The notes: a model not told the origin generated them from the sequence alone. Positions 50,110 through 64,000 are shown, counted from the first letter of the stretch. The stretch: DNA of 64,000 nucleotides from Podarcis cretensis (GCA_951804945.1 OX638153.1:56792001-56856000), one strand, 5' to 3'. Made by a program: numbers and translations.

Positions 50110-50400
50110 TGGACTACTGTAGTCAGGATGTCTTGGTCTAGAAAATGTTGCAAGTGGCATACCAGCTGAAGCTGGCAAAAAGCACTCCTGGTCTCTTGGG
50201 TCTCTAGTGACAGAGATGGCTCAAGTAGTAGACCCAGTCTGCATATCTGCTCCTTCAGAGGGAGAGAAACCCCATCCAAAACAGGCAATTGACCACTCAC
50301 CCACAAAATCTCCATTTTTATCCAGGATTTAAGCTCAGTTTTTTTACCTTTATCTAGTCCACCATTGCGAGACCCTAGTCCAAGACTTGCACAGCCTCTC
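50110..50400 (-). mobile_element. Degenerate L2 LINE RT fragment
   Basis: ORF remnant LPVLDGVSLPLKEQICRLGLLLEPSLSLETQ, typical of squamate L2. Confidence 0.7.
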
Positions 50401-51419
50401 CTGACTCCATGTTGGCATTTAGGGCTTCCTACCAGAACATTCTGACTTTCTTTCAGTCACCTGGTTGGTTGCTATGTAGAATTGTCCTTGAGTTCCTTCC
50501 AGGATACTTGATTTCCTTTCTGTTTTGGCCTTTGATTTAGCTGCACTTCTTCCCTAATTCTGGATCTGGAGTTATGTGCTTTTGGGTGTGGGCTATTTTT
50601 GGTGCACAAGTGGCTGTATTCTTTCCAGATTTTGAGACTGGATGGCTGTAGACCATAGGCATGTTCAGTGACATAGCTACTGACACCTTCCAGTCAAGGT
50701 GGAAGCAGAGGCTCACATGGAAGCCCCACCCCAACACCCTCAGGCATGTCCTCCTCCACCCTCATTCTAAACATCTGCATGGCGCTTCTACTTGACTTCA
50801 TTTGAATGTGGGTAGAACTTTTGTGCTATCTGGGATCCTGATAAAGAAGGTTCCCTAATCATGTGAGGGATTCTACTCACGTCCAGGCAAACACAAGTAG
50901 AAGCCCCAGTGCAGGTTTGCCCCATGAACAGGTGGAAAGTTGACAGACAGGGAACTGATGTGCCCAAGGATGTGGGGAGGCTTGTGTGTGTGATTCTGCC
51001 CCTTGCCACACTTGCCTTTGTCAATTCAAGTTCTCCCATTGACTTTTAAGCCTAAGCCAAGTCATTCAGTGACCTCAGCGGTTCTCCAGTCACCCTCTAT
51101 TCTTTTCAGGTCTTCTTCCTTCTGGCTGTCTACCAGGAACACCAACCAACATAAGCTGCCAATCCAAGTAACTAACTGCTGGTGACCAGCACTTGGCCGT
51201 ATATACACTTCTTCTGGATCCCTATTCTAGTCCCAGTCAATCAACGCTATCTAACTATGAATTCTAAACATGTAGTTTCCAATCAGAATATGAAATTAAT
51301 CAGTAAAGCATTAATGGCTTAACATTCTGTCCTGTCTGACATTCAACAAGGCAGCCCAGCATTACAGAATTCTGGGAAGCTCAAATATCTGGAGCTTTTT
51401 CCTGGGTAGCGCCAGATCC

Positions 51420-51726
51420 ACTCGTGACCGACTCTGGAGTTGCAGCGCTCATCTGGCTTTATTGGCCGAGGGAGCCGGCATACAGCTTCCGGGTCATGTG
51501 GCCAGCATGACTAAGCCACTTCTGGCGAACCAGAGCAGCGCATGGAAATGCCGTTTACCTTCCCGCCAGAGCGGTACTTATTTATCTACTTGCACTTTGA
51601 TGTGCTTTCGAACTGCTAGGTTGGCAGGAGCTGGGAGCTCACCCCATCGTGGTGATTCGAATCGCCGACCTTCTGATCAGCAAGTCCTAGGCTCTGTGGT
51701 TTAACCCACAGTGCCACCTGCATCCC
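51420..51726 (-). mobile_element. Sauria SINE, more diverged, tail missing
   Basis: Collinear with the other two copies; many CpG-type transitions. Confidence 0.88.
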
Positions 51727-51829
51727 TCTCAGAGGATAATAAGGCCTTAAAGCAGCAGTCCTGTGGCCTGGTTCTTAGCACTCTGCCTGCTCTCTGTTAG
51801 TTCTCCCTAGGTTTGTTGTTGGCATAGAC

Positions 51830-52425
51830 TGTCAGGCGTGGGCTTCTGACGTGAACTGGTTGGACACAGAAGAATGATGGGAGGAACCAGCTGGGGAACT
51901 CCCAAGAGAAGGCCCAGAGCCATGGGATTGGGTGGGTTGACAATAAGTGGTCAGAGGGAGAAGACTGGGAGGACGTGCTGGAAGCTGAAGAGTGCATAGT
52001 GAGTGGAGGGAATCTGTGGCAGAGAGAAGTCTAGAAGTTGAAGCAGAAGAGGAAGGAGTCCAAGAGGAAGAGATGAATCTGGCTGGTGGAGGCATGGATG
52101 TCTCACCCTCCTGCTGCAACAAGCTTTCCTCCCCCCGGTCTCCCAGAACCAGGATAGGCATGAAGAGGGTGAAGAAGTTAGCTTCACATAGGTGCAGTCT
52201 CAGATTGGGGAAACCATGGAGAGGTGGGGACTTAAGCAGCTGTGGGGAGATGAGGCCATCCAGTCTCAACAACTGCTTCATAGGGGCAAGACCTGCTCGA
52301 GTTGAGTTGCTGTGCTCATTAGGCCTGACACTCCTGTGTGAATCCCATTTTTGGTAATAAACTCCACCTGCAGGCTCGCTCCTGTCAGCCCCCCCCCCCG
52401 TGTGTTTGTGTAGATCACTGTGACA
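51830..52425 (+). mobile_element. Solo LTR-like element
   Basis: TGTCA...TGACA termini, purine-rich body, AATAAA at 52356-52361. No clean TSD; an alternative end TGACA lies at 52640. Confidence 0.5.
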
Positions 52426-54354
52426 TACATGCTCAGAAGTTTCCTCATCTCGAGATTCAAATTCAGGGGTCCTTGTATTGATGGGTCCTGGCTTATGAGC
52501 TCTCTGGTGTAATGTTGCTGCCTGGGTTGGTGTGTGCCACCTCTGGCTCCTGTGCTGCTGTTCCACCTTACCTGGCTGGTCCCTCCTCACCTGAGTCAAA
52601 ATTGGGGAACAAGCTGTTGCTCAGGGTGAGGGTCATGACACCTACCAATTAAACTAAATAAAGCTGGCAACTTTGACATATTTGTGATCAGCATTGCACA
52701 CGGTCCACCTTCATGCGGAACTTGGTAAAACCGTACATTACTACTCTCCTGGCTCTGCTTTTGCTTGGTTTCCAAATGAAAAACGGAAGCTTTCTCTTAG
52801 CATCTTTTACCGCAAATGGGCTCTGTGAAGCTCATGCATTTTTCAGCACACTATTAAACCAGGGCTGTAGCTACATGTTTTATACCATCTGACTTCATGC
52901 TGACCACTTACATCAGAATTCTCTAAAGGTTTCCCTTTTGCTCGACTTGGAACACATTTCAAAATAATTGTGAGTACGATGATAATTATGATCTATCTGT
53001 GCTCCTGGGATCCAGACTAGTCTTGGCAACTAAAGAGTCCACAGTGTAGAGAACAGGAAATTAATCTCACCCTTTGCTTCTCCACCTGGGTCAGATCTTG
53101 TTAGTTGCTACAGGTTTTCTTCATATCCCCCCCTTCCCAGCTTTTTAAAGGGAGACTTAGAGGTGGCACAAGCTGGGGAGCACTGTCATGTCCTGCATCA
53201 TCTGTGAGTTTGTGAACTGATGTCCAAATATCCTCTGGAAGTTACTGATTGCTGGGAAATACAACTGTTCTTCAGTATCTTCCCCTCTAATCTTGGGTAA
53301 GTGCTTCCTGTGTTGTGCATATTTACTCCTGATTTATGCCTGCAGCTGAGTACCTGAAAACAAATGCACTCATATGTGTAACCCATGGAACTGCATATGC
53401 AAGTAGTAAAAACTTTGATTTTTTAAAAACTTACACGGAACACATAAGAGCTCAAGAAATTAAAGAGAAGAAAAGAGCAACCAAAGCAGCACTTAAGAGT
53501 TCAAGGACATAGGCTGGTATTTCAAAATATGTACTGAAATAAATGTTGGATGTTGATTCCTATAAGCATCATACGAAGCATTGCTCTTTTGATTGTTAAA
53601 ATAAAATGGAATATGTTATATTAGCATTCTCTCTCTCTCTCTCTCTTTTAAATGTTGGAGAAAGATTTGTAATTACTCACTAGCTTACTCCCTGGATGCA
53701 TGTAAATATCTACCTCTAGACCATTGGACAAGCATGCTTTGCTGTTGGAAAGCTTCCAAGTGCTGTGGAAGTTCCAGGGACACAGCACTTACCCAGATTT
53801 AGTTTTCTTTGGAATGAGGTCACTGGAGGCTTTTGCTGTTTTGTAATATTTTAATTTATTTGTAAGTACACAGATTGAGCAAGAGGGACAACTTAACATT
53901 CCAACAGTCAGCCAAATCCACTGTTCCACATCAGATCTCCAGATTCCCTCTCCAAATGGTACTTTCTGGAGCTTAACAAGTCCTCTGTTTATCTTTTCCA
54001 CTTCTCCAAAAATTGCAACCTGCCTCCTTTATTCACACACGGAGGCCTAGAATACATCATTTGTAGCTAGACAAGGAAGCATACTCCCATTGCTCCCTGC
54101 CTACCTCTCATATTTTTCCTCTATTCACAATATCCTGGGCTAGTCCTTTGTCACACAGTAATCTTTCATATGGTAATTAGCTCTCATAAAGACATGTCAC
54201 CTGAACATCTCAAGCTATTAACACTCCTTTGTCAAGCCAACCCACACTGGTAGTCCTATTAACAGAAATATGATAGAAAACCCATAAGAATATTGCAAGC
54301 TGCCTCCAGAAGTTGGGTACAGGGGGTAAATACAGTATTCAAAACAACTCTGTA

Positions 54355-54585
54355 AAGTGGTACCTCTGGTTAAGAACTTAATTCGTTCCGGAGGTCCGTT
54401 CTTAACCTGAAACTGTTCTTAACCCGAGGTACCACTTTAGCTAATGGGGCCTCCTGCCGCCGCCGCACAATTTCTGTTCTCATCCTAAAGCAAAGTTCTT
54501 AACCCAAGGTACTATTTCTAGGTTAGCGGAGTCTGTAACCTGAAGCATCTGTAACCTGAAGCGTCTGTACCCCGAGGTACCACTG
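54355..54585. mobile_element. Tc1/mariner (Tigger-like) MITE, second copy
   Basis: Near-identical to 21737-21951, with TA flanks. Confidence 0.85.
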
Positions 54586-57385
54586 TATAACATTGCAGCC
54601 TTAAATCCAATAAAGGAGAGGTGACTAAACTGTAGCCTTCCAAATATTGTTGGACTCTAAATCCCATCAGCTCTAGCCAGCATGAACAATAGTCCTTTCA
54701 GGAATTCTACCTTCAAGTAATTACACTTGTGTGAGAAAGAGATTGCAACCATGCTTGCTGGGTTCTAAATCATATAGGAAACCTTTGTTTATATATAGCA
54801 AACTGCCCAATTCAGACAATCCCTGTTGAATGCATGAATGGCAGAAGACAGGACCAGTGAGGATGCAAACATTGGGGGTGGAAGCAGCAGGAGCAGCCCT
54901 GCTCTTCCTTTCATAAGACTGTAATTGTGTGAGGGGAGAATGCCCCAAAAGAACATGTGATAGACATTAAGGTGTAATGAGCACAGTACAATGGATGAGA
55001 AAAGGCAGAACACAATCACTTTGAAGTCTTAATTAACACAAACACATGTATATTTTAAATTCAGAACAGTTAATTTAATTATAACAAATGTATTGAAGAA
55101 GCAATTGTAAATGCTTTGCATGCAAAATGTCACAGGTTCAGCCTCTGGCATCTCCAGGCAGGGCTAGAAAATTCCAAAATAAAACCTTGAAGAATTACTG
55201 GCAGACAATGTAGAATAGACAGTACTGATCTAGATGGACCCATGATCTGACTCAGGAGAAAGCATGTTGCTGTTTCTGTCACAGTCTGTTGCCAATGTTC
55301 ATGGTTCCTCTACTTTCTGAATCTTTGTCCATCTGCTTCCTTCTCTTCCTCAGCTTCTCAGCTTAGTTGTTTCTCCTTATCTCTTCAGCTGCTCTATTTT
55401 AAAAAGCTGCTCAGCTTTGTCAAGTATCCCCCAAACCATTTTTTACACACGCACACACACTATGTAATGTCCTTCACTAAGGCCGCATTTTATATCCTTC
55501 TAGCATTACAAAGGCTTAGTAACATGTTTGGGATGCAGAACATCTCAAGTTCATTACCCAACATATCTATTTAGAAATGATCTCTGCTAGCAGGGCTGGA
55601 AAAGGTTTTTGCTGGAGACCTTCCTTTAATCTGCCTTCAGAACCTGAACTTTCAAAATATCTTTCAGGGACTACTCATTTTTGGAATGATGCAATTCTAT
55701 GTATCAGTGCCAGATTTTTTATTTTAATATGTTTATTAATCTGAGGACTGCTGCAAGTCCATTCTACAGGGACCAGTATAAGGGATCTTCCTAACATTCT
55801 GCTGTCTCTGTCTAGTATTGTTGCAGTGTGAGGTTCTAAGGGTTCTAGGCACTCACCCAGGTTCATGTTTTCCTTTTGCCAATGAGGCACGGCAGAGATT
55901 GTTGTATGTGTATGATATATAGTTTATTTACACATATATACAACCTGAGCCTACAATGGAGGGGTTCACAGCATTAACACCCCAAAAGGATCTGGTTTCT
56001 GTTACAGCTGTAGCCTTGGATTCAAACAGAAATCAAACATCATGCTCTGCTTCTCTGGCTTTTCAGCCAGCAGCTTTTACTTCTAGCTCATATTACACAC
56101 AGACTCTAAACTCTGGCTTTTGTCCTTCTGACTATCTAAGAGCTGGAGGAGGGGCCCCACCTCTTTGCTATTTGGCTCAGAGCATTTGCCTTCTTAATGG
56201 CCTTTCCCTTTGTTCGCTTAACACTTGTTGAGTCCATGGATTAAGTGTCTGGCACCCACAAATGCATAAATGTACTGTTGGGTTTAATTTTGTGCCTTGA
56301 ATTCCTCTTTAAAAAACAGAAACACTGCATTGAGTATTGTACTTCAAGTTATGTAATCTGCTTGGGTATATATTTATTTGTTTTCCTCAAAAGCAGGATT
56401 ATAAATATAATAAACACATGTAATAAGGAAAGTGTTGCTTTTAAAAAATGAATGTGATGAAAACAGCTTTAACAAAAAAAGCTTTCGTAATATGAATATT
56501 TTTAACTGGAGGGTCCTAAGTATTTGCCTGTATTATCACACAAACCTGAACTTTATTCTGTTATTTCATAATAGCTACTAATATGAGAAGCGCGTGGGAG
56601 GCTATTCATTGTGGAAACTGTCAGATCTGACTCTGTGATCCAGCTGGAGCGATACCAACTATACCAATGCCCAGTCAGTCAACTTCCTTCTTGCGTTTTC
56701 ATTTGCTAGGCGCTTCTCCTCCCCCTTGCGCATGGCATGTAGTCTTTAGATTGTTCAGGGATGGTACACAAATTACCAGCATTTTTTCTTCCCTGCTCTT
56801 CGGCAAAGAAACTGCATGAGAAAACAGGTTCAACCACACATCCTGAAGAAATTGAAAGGGTTTGTTTGATCTACAGTGCTTTTGAGACAGGTTGAAGGAA
56901 TATTGATTCTGTTTTTTTAACACAGAAAACATAAATAAACTACTACAGCTAATGCAGTCCGGTTTGTCCAAAAAAGTTTTAAATGCCTTTAAATAATCAA
57001 TGGTTCCAAAATGGACAGCAATGGCCTGCCTCACTGATTAGCTGCCGCATACATGCAACCAGAGCCACAGCTATGCTATAAGCAAGAGGACAGTACACTT
57101 GCCTAGCTAAACACTTTTCAAAAAGAAAAGAAAACCCACCTTCTTGCCACTGTTTGGTGATCTGGGTAAGTGGGAAGAATAATGATGTGGCCAAGATGGC
57201 AGGGGCCTGAGAGGGAGAGAGCAAGACAGCAGCAGTGGGGACTCAGGTGGACATCTGAGGAAAATACTTTTGCAACCCCATTTGCCATTGAACCCAATGT
57301 GTTTTGACTATATGTGATTTTGGCTTTAGGTGCAATCCCCGGAACGTAACCCCCTCATAAATTGTGGGCTTACTGTAATGCAACA

Positions 57386-57629
57386 GGTAGGGAGCCGTGT
57401 TGGTCTGCCGTAGTCAAAACAAAAAAATTCCTTCCAGTAGCACCTTAGAGACCAACTAAGTTTGTTATTGGTATGAGCTTTTGTGTACATGCACACTTCT
57501 TCAGATACCCTGAATATCTGAAGAGGTATCTGAAGGGTATCTGAAGAAGTGTGCATGCACACCAAAGCTCATACCAATAACAAACTTAGTTGATCTCTAA
57601 GGTGCTACTGGAAGGAATTTTTTTTATTT
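57386..57629 (-). mobile_element. Penelope-like pLTR-derived palindromic insertion with two mutated hammerhead motifs
   Basis: About 90-bp inverted arms; TSD TGTA(A/G)TGCAACA at 57374-57385 and 57630-57641; the GAAA core reads AAAA in one arm and CAAA in the other. Confidence 0.75.
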
Positions 57630-57960
57630 TGTAGTGCAACAATCCTTGATCATCTTTCTCAAATACAAAGCACACAAATCATTTTGAATAAGCTGTATAG
57701 AATTGTAAAACCCCTCAAAGGTCCCTTTGAGGCCTGTGTCCATGGCACCTGCCTAGTTGGCCTAATGACAGCCCTGGCCCTGCCTCTCCACCACCCTGGC
57801 TATGAGGACCAACTACTTCCATTTTTCTCTTCCCCACCCAGAACTACCTCCTCCACTCCACCTGGTCATTCTTTTAAGAGTACAAAAGCCCTGGCGCTGA
57901 AATTTCCCTGGTTTTCCTCTTCACTTTCCAATCCTTTTTCCTTTTGTATCAGGGATATTA

Positions 57961-57985
57961 TATCATCATCATCATCATCATCATC
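57961..57985. repeat. (ATC)n microsatellite
   Basis: Read directly. Confidence 0.9.
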
Positions 57986-58219
57986 CCATCCTCCACCCTA
58001 AGGTTCGGGGGTGGGACTGACAACGACAGATGATGTTTGACACCTGTCGCTTCCATTGCGCCAACGTTTGGTAAAGGTTTGTCCGGCTGGTTCAGTGTTT
58101 TTCCTCGCTTGTTTCTAGTTACCCCCAGCTTCATTGTCAGGTGGTCGCCTATCCGTAAAACCTGAAAAATGTACGCCAATTAATCAAGTAGAAGACAAAA
58201 AACTTTGTTCCCCCCTCCC

Positions 58220-58790
58220 CCCCCCCGCTTGCGTTCAGCCGTTGAGTGCGGCCTACCGGCTTCCTGGCTGCGTTTGCGGCATTGCTGTAAAGCGTCACGT
58301 TCTCCTCGGTCCCTAACCGCGGGAAGGGGGAGGCAACGAAAGGGCTAGCTCGCGCAGGCGCGGTGTGCGCGAGGTCCAGTGCTGCGGCAGTTCAGTTGTG
58401 CGATTTCTTTTTCGCGGAGAGCGAGGGGCGAGTGAGAGCCGCGCGCGCGCTGGGAGAGGTGAGCGGGACGGAGGCCGGGAAGCAACGGACTGGCCTCTCG
58501 CGCCCCCGTAGCGGCGGGGGAGAGGGGTGGCGGGAAGAAAGGCGAACCCCCCTCCCGCCCCCACTCCTGAGGCAGGGGAAAGAGGAAGAGAGCGCATCGT
58601 AGTTCTGTCACGAAACCCCCAAAATGACGCGGGAGACGGGTCTCTCGCTTTTCCCTCACGGAGGGAGGAAGGAAGGACCCCGTTCCCCACCTGGCGTCAC
58701 TGCCGTTTTCCGCGCCGCGGGGAAATGAGCGATTGAAATCCCATCCTGTGGGAGAGGAGGGAGCTGGGGAAGGTGCCTCACGTTGGCCTG
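58220..58790 (+). promoter_or_regulatory. CpG-island promoter and probable non-coding first exon (donor GAG|gtgagc at 58459) of the next gene, NT5C2 by synteny
   Basis: High CpG density and a strong donor site. The known vertebrate order TAF5-PCGF6-INA-NT5C2 places NT5C2 divergent from INA. I found no NT5C2 coding exon in the window, so the identity is inferred. Confidence 0.6.
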
Positions 58791-58851
58791 CTGGGTGGGA
58801 GCACTATAACTTTCTTTCTCTGTTTCTCTCTGTGTATGGATGTGTGTGTCT

Positions 58852-58872
58852 GAGAGAGAGAGAGAGAGAGAG
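58852..58872. repeat. (GA)n microsatellite
   Basis: Read directly. Confidence 0.9.
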
Positions 58873-60939
58873 TTTGTGAGTGTGTGAAGTATGAGTGATG
58901 GACTTGAGTAGAAAAAACCCCAAGCTCCCATTCCAGAAAGGGGCAGGATTTGAGGTGGGAGAGCACCCGCTCCCCATTTTTAAGTGATGCTTAAAGTTAA
59001 CAGGGTTCTCCTCCCCCACGCCCCGTGAGTGGCTCTTGAGTATTTTCACCTCTCTTCAGTATTTCTAGTGCAGTGGTGCTGCCTCATCTTCTTCTCCTTA
59101 CTGAATGGTATCCATAATTCTTAACTAGTGCGGTGTTAATAACAGGAAACTGGAGACACGTTGCTTCTTTTTCTTCCCTTGGGGAGAGAGACAGAGTGAA
59201 ATTGTGGTGCTTACTTCCTATGTTCTGTTGAGGATTGAGTAGAAACACACTCTCGTGGCAGCGCAAAAATGATCTTAGTCAAAATTATTTTTTCATTCCA
59301 CACACCCTCAGCCAGATGTTGACATAAAAATCATCTTTTGTGTAAGAAGGTGGGCAGTGATTGTGGAAATCAAATTTCTCTTTCTTGTCTCCACAAAGGC
59401 CTGTGATTTCTTTCCCTAGTTTGGCACCTGATAACTCTTGACAGGAACAACACTTTTAAAAGAAGATATTGTTGCACGATTCAGACACCAATGTCTGTCT
59501 TCATCAATTCCCTTCCATCTCATGCTGCAGCCTGAAAGAGGTTGCTGCATCCAGCTGCATGGCACAGCAAGCCTTTAATTTGTACATTTTGTTCTTCTTA
59601 CTCCATCACTGCAGCTGTCTTTACTTACATTCTGTGAAACTTCCATTTCTCTTGCACAGTCACTGAAGGGCTGCATTTTCCAAAATTCAAAGAGGGGAAG
59701 TTATTGAGGTGATTTTTTTTTTTTTTTTGTATGTAGAAATCACTTGGTGAGTATGTTTGACTCTGAGTGATCTGCAAAACTCGTTGAATAGAAAACATGC
59801 AGTCAAGATAGCTAATTGTAGGGGTAGAGACTGGCATTTTGTTAAAACCAAGCTTTTAGTAGTGCAGTTACTTACGTACCATGAAATCTATGCTAAAATC
59901 CACTACATTTGGCCCTTGTCCTGAGATTGAACAGCAGTTTGGAAAGACTGCTGACATTTTCTTCTTCGTGTCACTTCATTATACACACTCATGAAATCTG
60001 GTGGATAAAGAGGGGGCAAATTCTGTATAGTGTTGGCCTGGCATTATGATAGAGGCAGTTGGTCTACCATTATGTCATATATTTCAGGCAACCTTCCATA
60101 GGGATTGGGATTATATTTTCTTTCACTTTATTTAAATTTTGTTCGCTTTGGCACCACCAACCTACAGCAGAGAAATGGCTGCCAAATTGGCAGATTTCTC
60201 TATCCATTCAAGCTTTTAAGAATATCTGTCATGAGTGTTTTGTTGCAACATTTAACAATTCTGCTGTAAGCATGCATTGGCCAAATGACCAAGTATGTCT
60301 TATTTGTATTTTTGTAATATTAACAGCCATTCCTGGAACTGCAAATAATTAAACTCTCAGATGTGCCAATAGTTGAACTTAGTGCACCCTGAAAATGCCA
60401 TCTGGCCTGCTCACTTTTGGTTTTGTGTTCACCTAGACAAAACAGTGTTTAATAGTTAGCAGAATATACCACTGAAACATGCATCTAGAATATTTTGAAA
60501 AAAATCTTAATTACTTGAGTATATACTGGTAGATTTAGAACCAGCCCAAATTTCAGTACTTATGCAAGCTTGTGATCCACTGATAATTGGTGGATCAGTG
60601 TCTAAGAAGGTTAAAACTTTGGTATAAATGCTAGTTTGTTTGTTTTCCCCATGTTTCCTTTTTTATGATACTACCAGGAAAAAAGGATGAGCCATGGGGG
60701 ATTATTGTGAAAGCCTGAAGCAGTTGTGTGTTGTGGTAGGGAATACTTGGAGATATATGCTCTACCCACTGAGCTATCCCATGTATGTAGGAAAGAGAGA
60801 GGATAAGCAGGTCCAAGGATATCAGTTATCCTGCTGAATGTGGAGAGGGCATGGCATGGCGGGTGGGTTGTAGTAGTGTTTATAGATGCATGCATCCTGT
60901 CCTTTGCTGTGTCCACCCCATCTTTGATATCATCCACTG

Positions 60940-62810
60940 TGCCCAATAGCCTGGTTTTGTTCTTGAACAGCAGGTCTCTTCATAATAAGACTGTGTTGAT
61001 CCACGCTCTTATCATGGATGAACCGGCTGACCTGGTGGGGGAGCTGGGTGGGTCTGACCTGACACAGCTTTACCCAGCTGGGTACTCACTGCAACACCAA
61101 ACCAGACTAGAAGTTTGGTGGGGAGGCATTGCCATTGTTCATAGCAGCTCATTCTCTCACTAGGAAGCCTTTCCACTTAGGAGCTGGACTGGAGGGCCTG
61201 TTATGGGTCATGGAGATAGTCTGGGGATGCTGTTGTACCACCTACCCTACTACCTCCCTGATCAAGCTGACTGAGGTTGTTTATGGTGTGGTGTTGGAGG
61301 AACTAAGGAACATTCTCCTCTGCTGGCTAACAGTTTTGTTAGCTCCTTAGGAGCCATGGATAGCTGTCCCAGATAGTCACTGGCTCAGTGCACGGAGCAG
61401 GGTATATCCTTGATTTAGTATTCACCCAGGTGGGGAAAAGGATGCTCTGGATATAGGAGTGGCGTTTGTAACCCTGTTGCCATGGTTAGACCACTTCCTA
61501 GTGAAGTTTGGACTTTTGGCAGCAGCCCCTTCCTACAGGGGATGGGACCAATTTGGATAGTCTGCCCTTGGAGACTAATGGAATTGTATAGGTTCCTGAC
61601 TGCTCTGTGGGATTTCCCAGTGGATAGAGCCCAGTGAGGCCCTGTTGTCATTGTGGTATGGGGAGATGATGAGGGCTGTTGATGTGATTGTTCCTGGGGG
61701 TTCTGTCTGATGCTGCAGGGCCTGAATTGTGCCTTGCTTTACTGAGGAGTTGCAGTCAGTGAAGCAAGCTGGAAGACAACTGGAGCATATATGGGGGAAA
61801 ACCTGCTCCAAAGCTGATCACACACTTCTTACATTACACAGTTCTGCCTACTAAAGTGGCAGTCAAAGAAAACAAGTTGCAGTGAAGAATTACTTTGCTG
61901 CCAGTATTGCTTCCTTGATGACCCATCCAGCAAAGTTATTTCAGGTGGTTTGGAGACTAACTGTACTAGAAGTAGTAGATGCATCTTTGGAGCACTTGGT
62001 AACATGCTGTGAGCAGCTTGCATGGCACTTCAAGGATTAAGTCGCCCAGTTCCGTAGTGCCTTAGGTATAGCAGTTTTTGCAAGTCCAGTCAAGGTGTCC
62101 AGTGCTTCACCTTCTATTTCATCATAATATATGAGTCAGGAGAGGCTGAGCATGGTCTGGAATATTGTCTGGATGCAGTTGTGGAATGGATGGTGGCTAA
62201 TGAACACAGTGTGAACCCAGAGAATATGAAGACGCTGTTGGTGGGTGGTTCCAGTGTCTGGGAGGCTGGCCATTTTCCATTCCTGAATGGGGTTACTCTA
62301 CCTCTGAAAGCACAGTTGCATAGTTTGGGGGGTATTCCTGGATTCATCTTTGTCACTTGAGGCTCAGTGGCTAGGCATGTAGCCACTACAGTTAGTGCAC
62401 CAACTGTGGCCTTTTGTGGACAGGTATAGCCTGGCTACAGTAATTCATGCATTGGTAACTTCATGACTCAATTATTTCAATGAGCTCTATGTGGCCCTTG
62501 TGCCTGATCCAGAAGCTCCAGCAGGTGGAAAATGCTGCAGCTGGACTACTGATGGGGAAAGATTACTGCCAGCACATAGCTCCTGTGCTTAAAAGCTTGC
62601 AATGTCTGCCCATATGTTACTGGGCCAGGTTCAAATTCTTTTATTAATTTACAAGATTCTTAACAACATGGGGCTAGGATATCTTAAGGACTGCCTGATA
62701 TATGCCTGATCATTGAGATGTTTAGGGGAGTCCCTGTTGTTAGTCCCTCATGGCTCAGATGCATAGCTTGTAACTACTAGAAGCTATACATTCAACTATA
62801 GTGGGCCCAA
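60940..62810 (+). mobile_element. Degenerate L2 LINE (endonuclease and RT remnants, internally deleted)
   Basis: LFLNSRSLHNKTVLIHALIMDE...GGIAIV endonuclease-like start; later LPLKAQLHSLG and QQVENAAA RT-tail remnants with many stops and frameshifts. Boundaries approximate. Confidence 0.72.
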
Positions 62811-64000
62811 ACTTCAGTGGTTAGTCACCCCTGATGTAAGGAGTTACTGATCCCTCTCTGTTCTTTTCCCACTCTTATTACATATAACAGGATACATTTG
62901 CTTATTTATTAAATGTATTTATAACACACCCCTTATTTCTACAGATAGCATGGTGGGATATAAAAAGGCATGAAATAAAATTAGACAATTTATCAGGTAC
63001 ATTTAGTTGCATTTTTATAGTTATTGATTTGTCTAAAAAAGAACACTCCTTGTTAATAAGCAGAAATATTTAAAAATAATGCTAAGACCTGTTTGTGAAA
63101 CAGAAGCCCTAAACTTAGTGGTGCTTAAAACTGTTGGTTTCATTGAATTTTGCATGTTTGTTTTTTACTGTAATCTTCTGTGATAATCCTTTGTGTTAGT
63201 TGGTAGGGTATTATAGGAATATACTTTGAGGTTGCATCCTTTAATCAGTAAAATAATATTCAATATTTCTCAGTTCTGTTTTCATTTCTGCTGATGAAAT
63301 GTTAAAATAAATTATCTGTGTTGGGATTATCTGTGAGCTAAGGAAGATAACATTTACTGCCCCCTATTGGTGTAATGAAGTTTCATTGATTGTAAGGTGC
63401 TGATCCCAATAAGATAAACAAATAAACTGAATGCCTTTTAGTGATGAATACAGGGACTTGGAGATACAGTATTTCATAGAATGTTAGAAGCCTTCCGCTG
63501 TTTATCTATATATGTGTGTATGCTCTGGGTATTAAAACTTTGCTTTTTTTGTTATGCAAGCTTATTGTGAAGGAACTAGAAAAAGCAGGGTCATCACACA
63601 TCTTTTGTTCTACCACCCAATTCTGTTAGCTGGTCAGGTCAAAGTACTGAAACCATGATAACTGAAAGGAGGATGTATACAAAAACACACACACAAAAAC
63701 AACAACAACAAAAACACCCCATCCATTTATAACAAGCTACAAAAATATTTGAGCTCTGTGTTCAAAAAATAAGAGAACTGTCTGGCAATTCCACCTCTCA
63801 ACTTTTTTACTGTCAGATCTCTGTGGAAAGCTACTTAATTTGTCAGCATTTGCTGTGTTAAAAGGGGGGGGAGAATAACCTATATGTGTTGTGTTCTATT
63901 TTTGAAATGTGCATTGCACACAGACACCTTCTCATATGCATCATGTTAGCCTGGGAAAAGGCTTTATACCTTGAGCATGCAATATGGTAGAAGTTCTTTG

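Noticed and set aside
51832-52599. 255-aa and 121-aa ORFs
   Set aside because: Lie within the LTR-like repeat; no gag, pol or other domain motifs.
58800-64000. NT5C2 coding exon
   Set aside because: I found no sequence encoding the expected N-terminus (MSTSWSDRLQ-like); the region looks intronic with a decayed L2.

Overview
Vertebrate genomic DNA, most likely a lacertid lizard (inferred from Podarcis-type Sauria SINEs). It carries the conserved block TAF5 (-; exons 1-6, running off the left edge), PCGF6 (+; 10 coding exons, 332 aa) and INA/alpha-internexin (-; 3 exons, 482 aa). A CpG-island promoter at ~58.2-58.8 kb is assigned to NT5C2 by synteny only. I traced the exon boundaries by hand and the reading frames join correctly. 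Introns and intergenic DNA hold many squamate repeats: Sauria SINEs, L2 and CR1 fragments, hAT and Tc1/mariner MITEs, and an LTR-like element. Four observations stand out. (1) A complete 3.4-kb Charlie3/Buster-like hAT transposon in PCGF6 intron 8 has perfect TSDs, and its transposase is broken only by one 1-bp deletion and one L2 insertion; that insertion creates an in-frame BED-finger/L2 chimeric ORF. (2) Three Penelope-like pLTR-derived insertions carry minimal hammerhead ribozyme motifs; one has an intact core in sense orientation in PCGF6 intron 9, and two share a near-identical 10-bp target site. (3) A wide-spacer REST/RE1 site lies upstream of INA. (4) Three MITEs form a nested stack whose insertion order is partly readable. 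Family names come from recalled sequence and have not been checked by database search.
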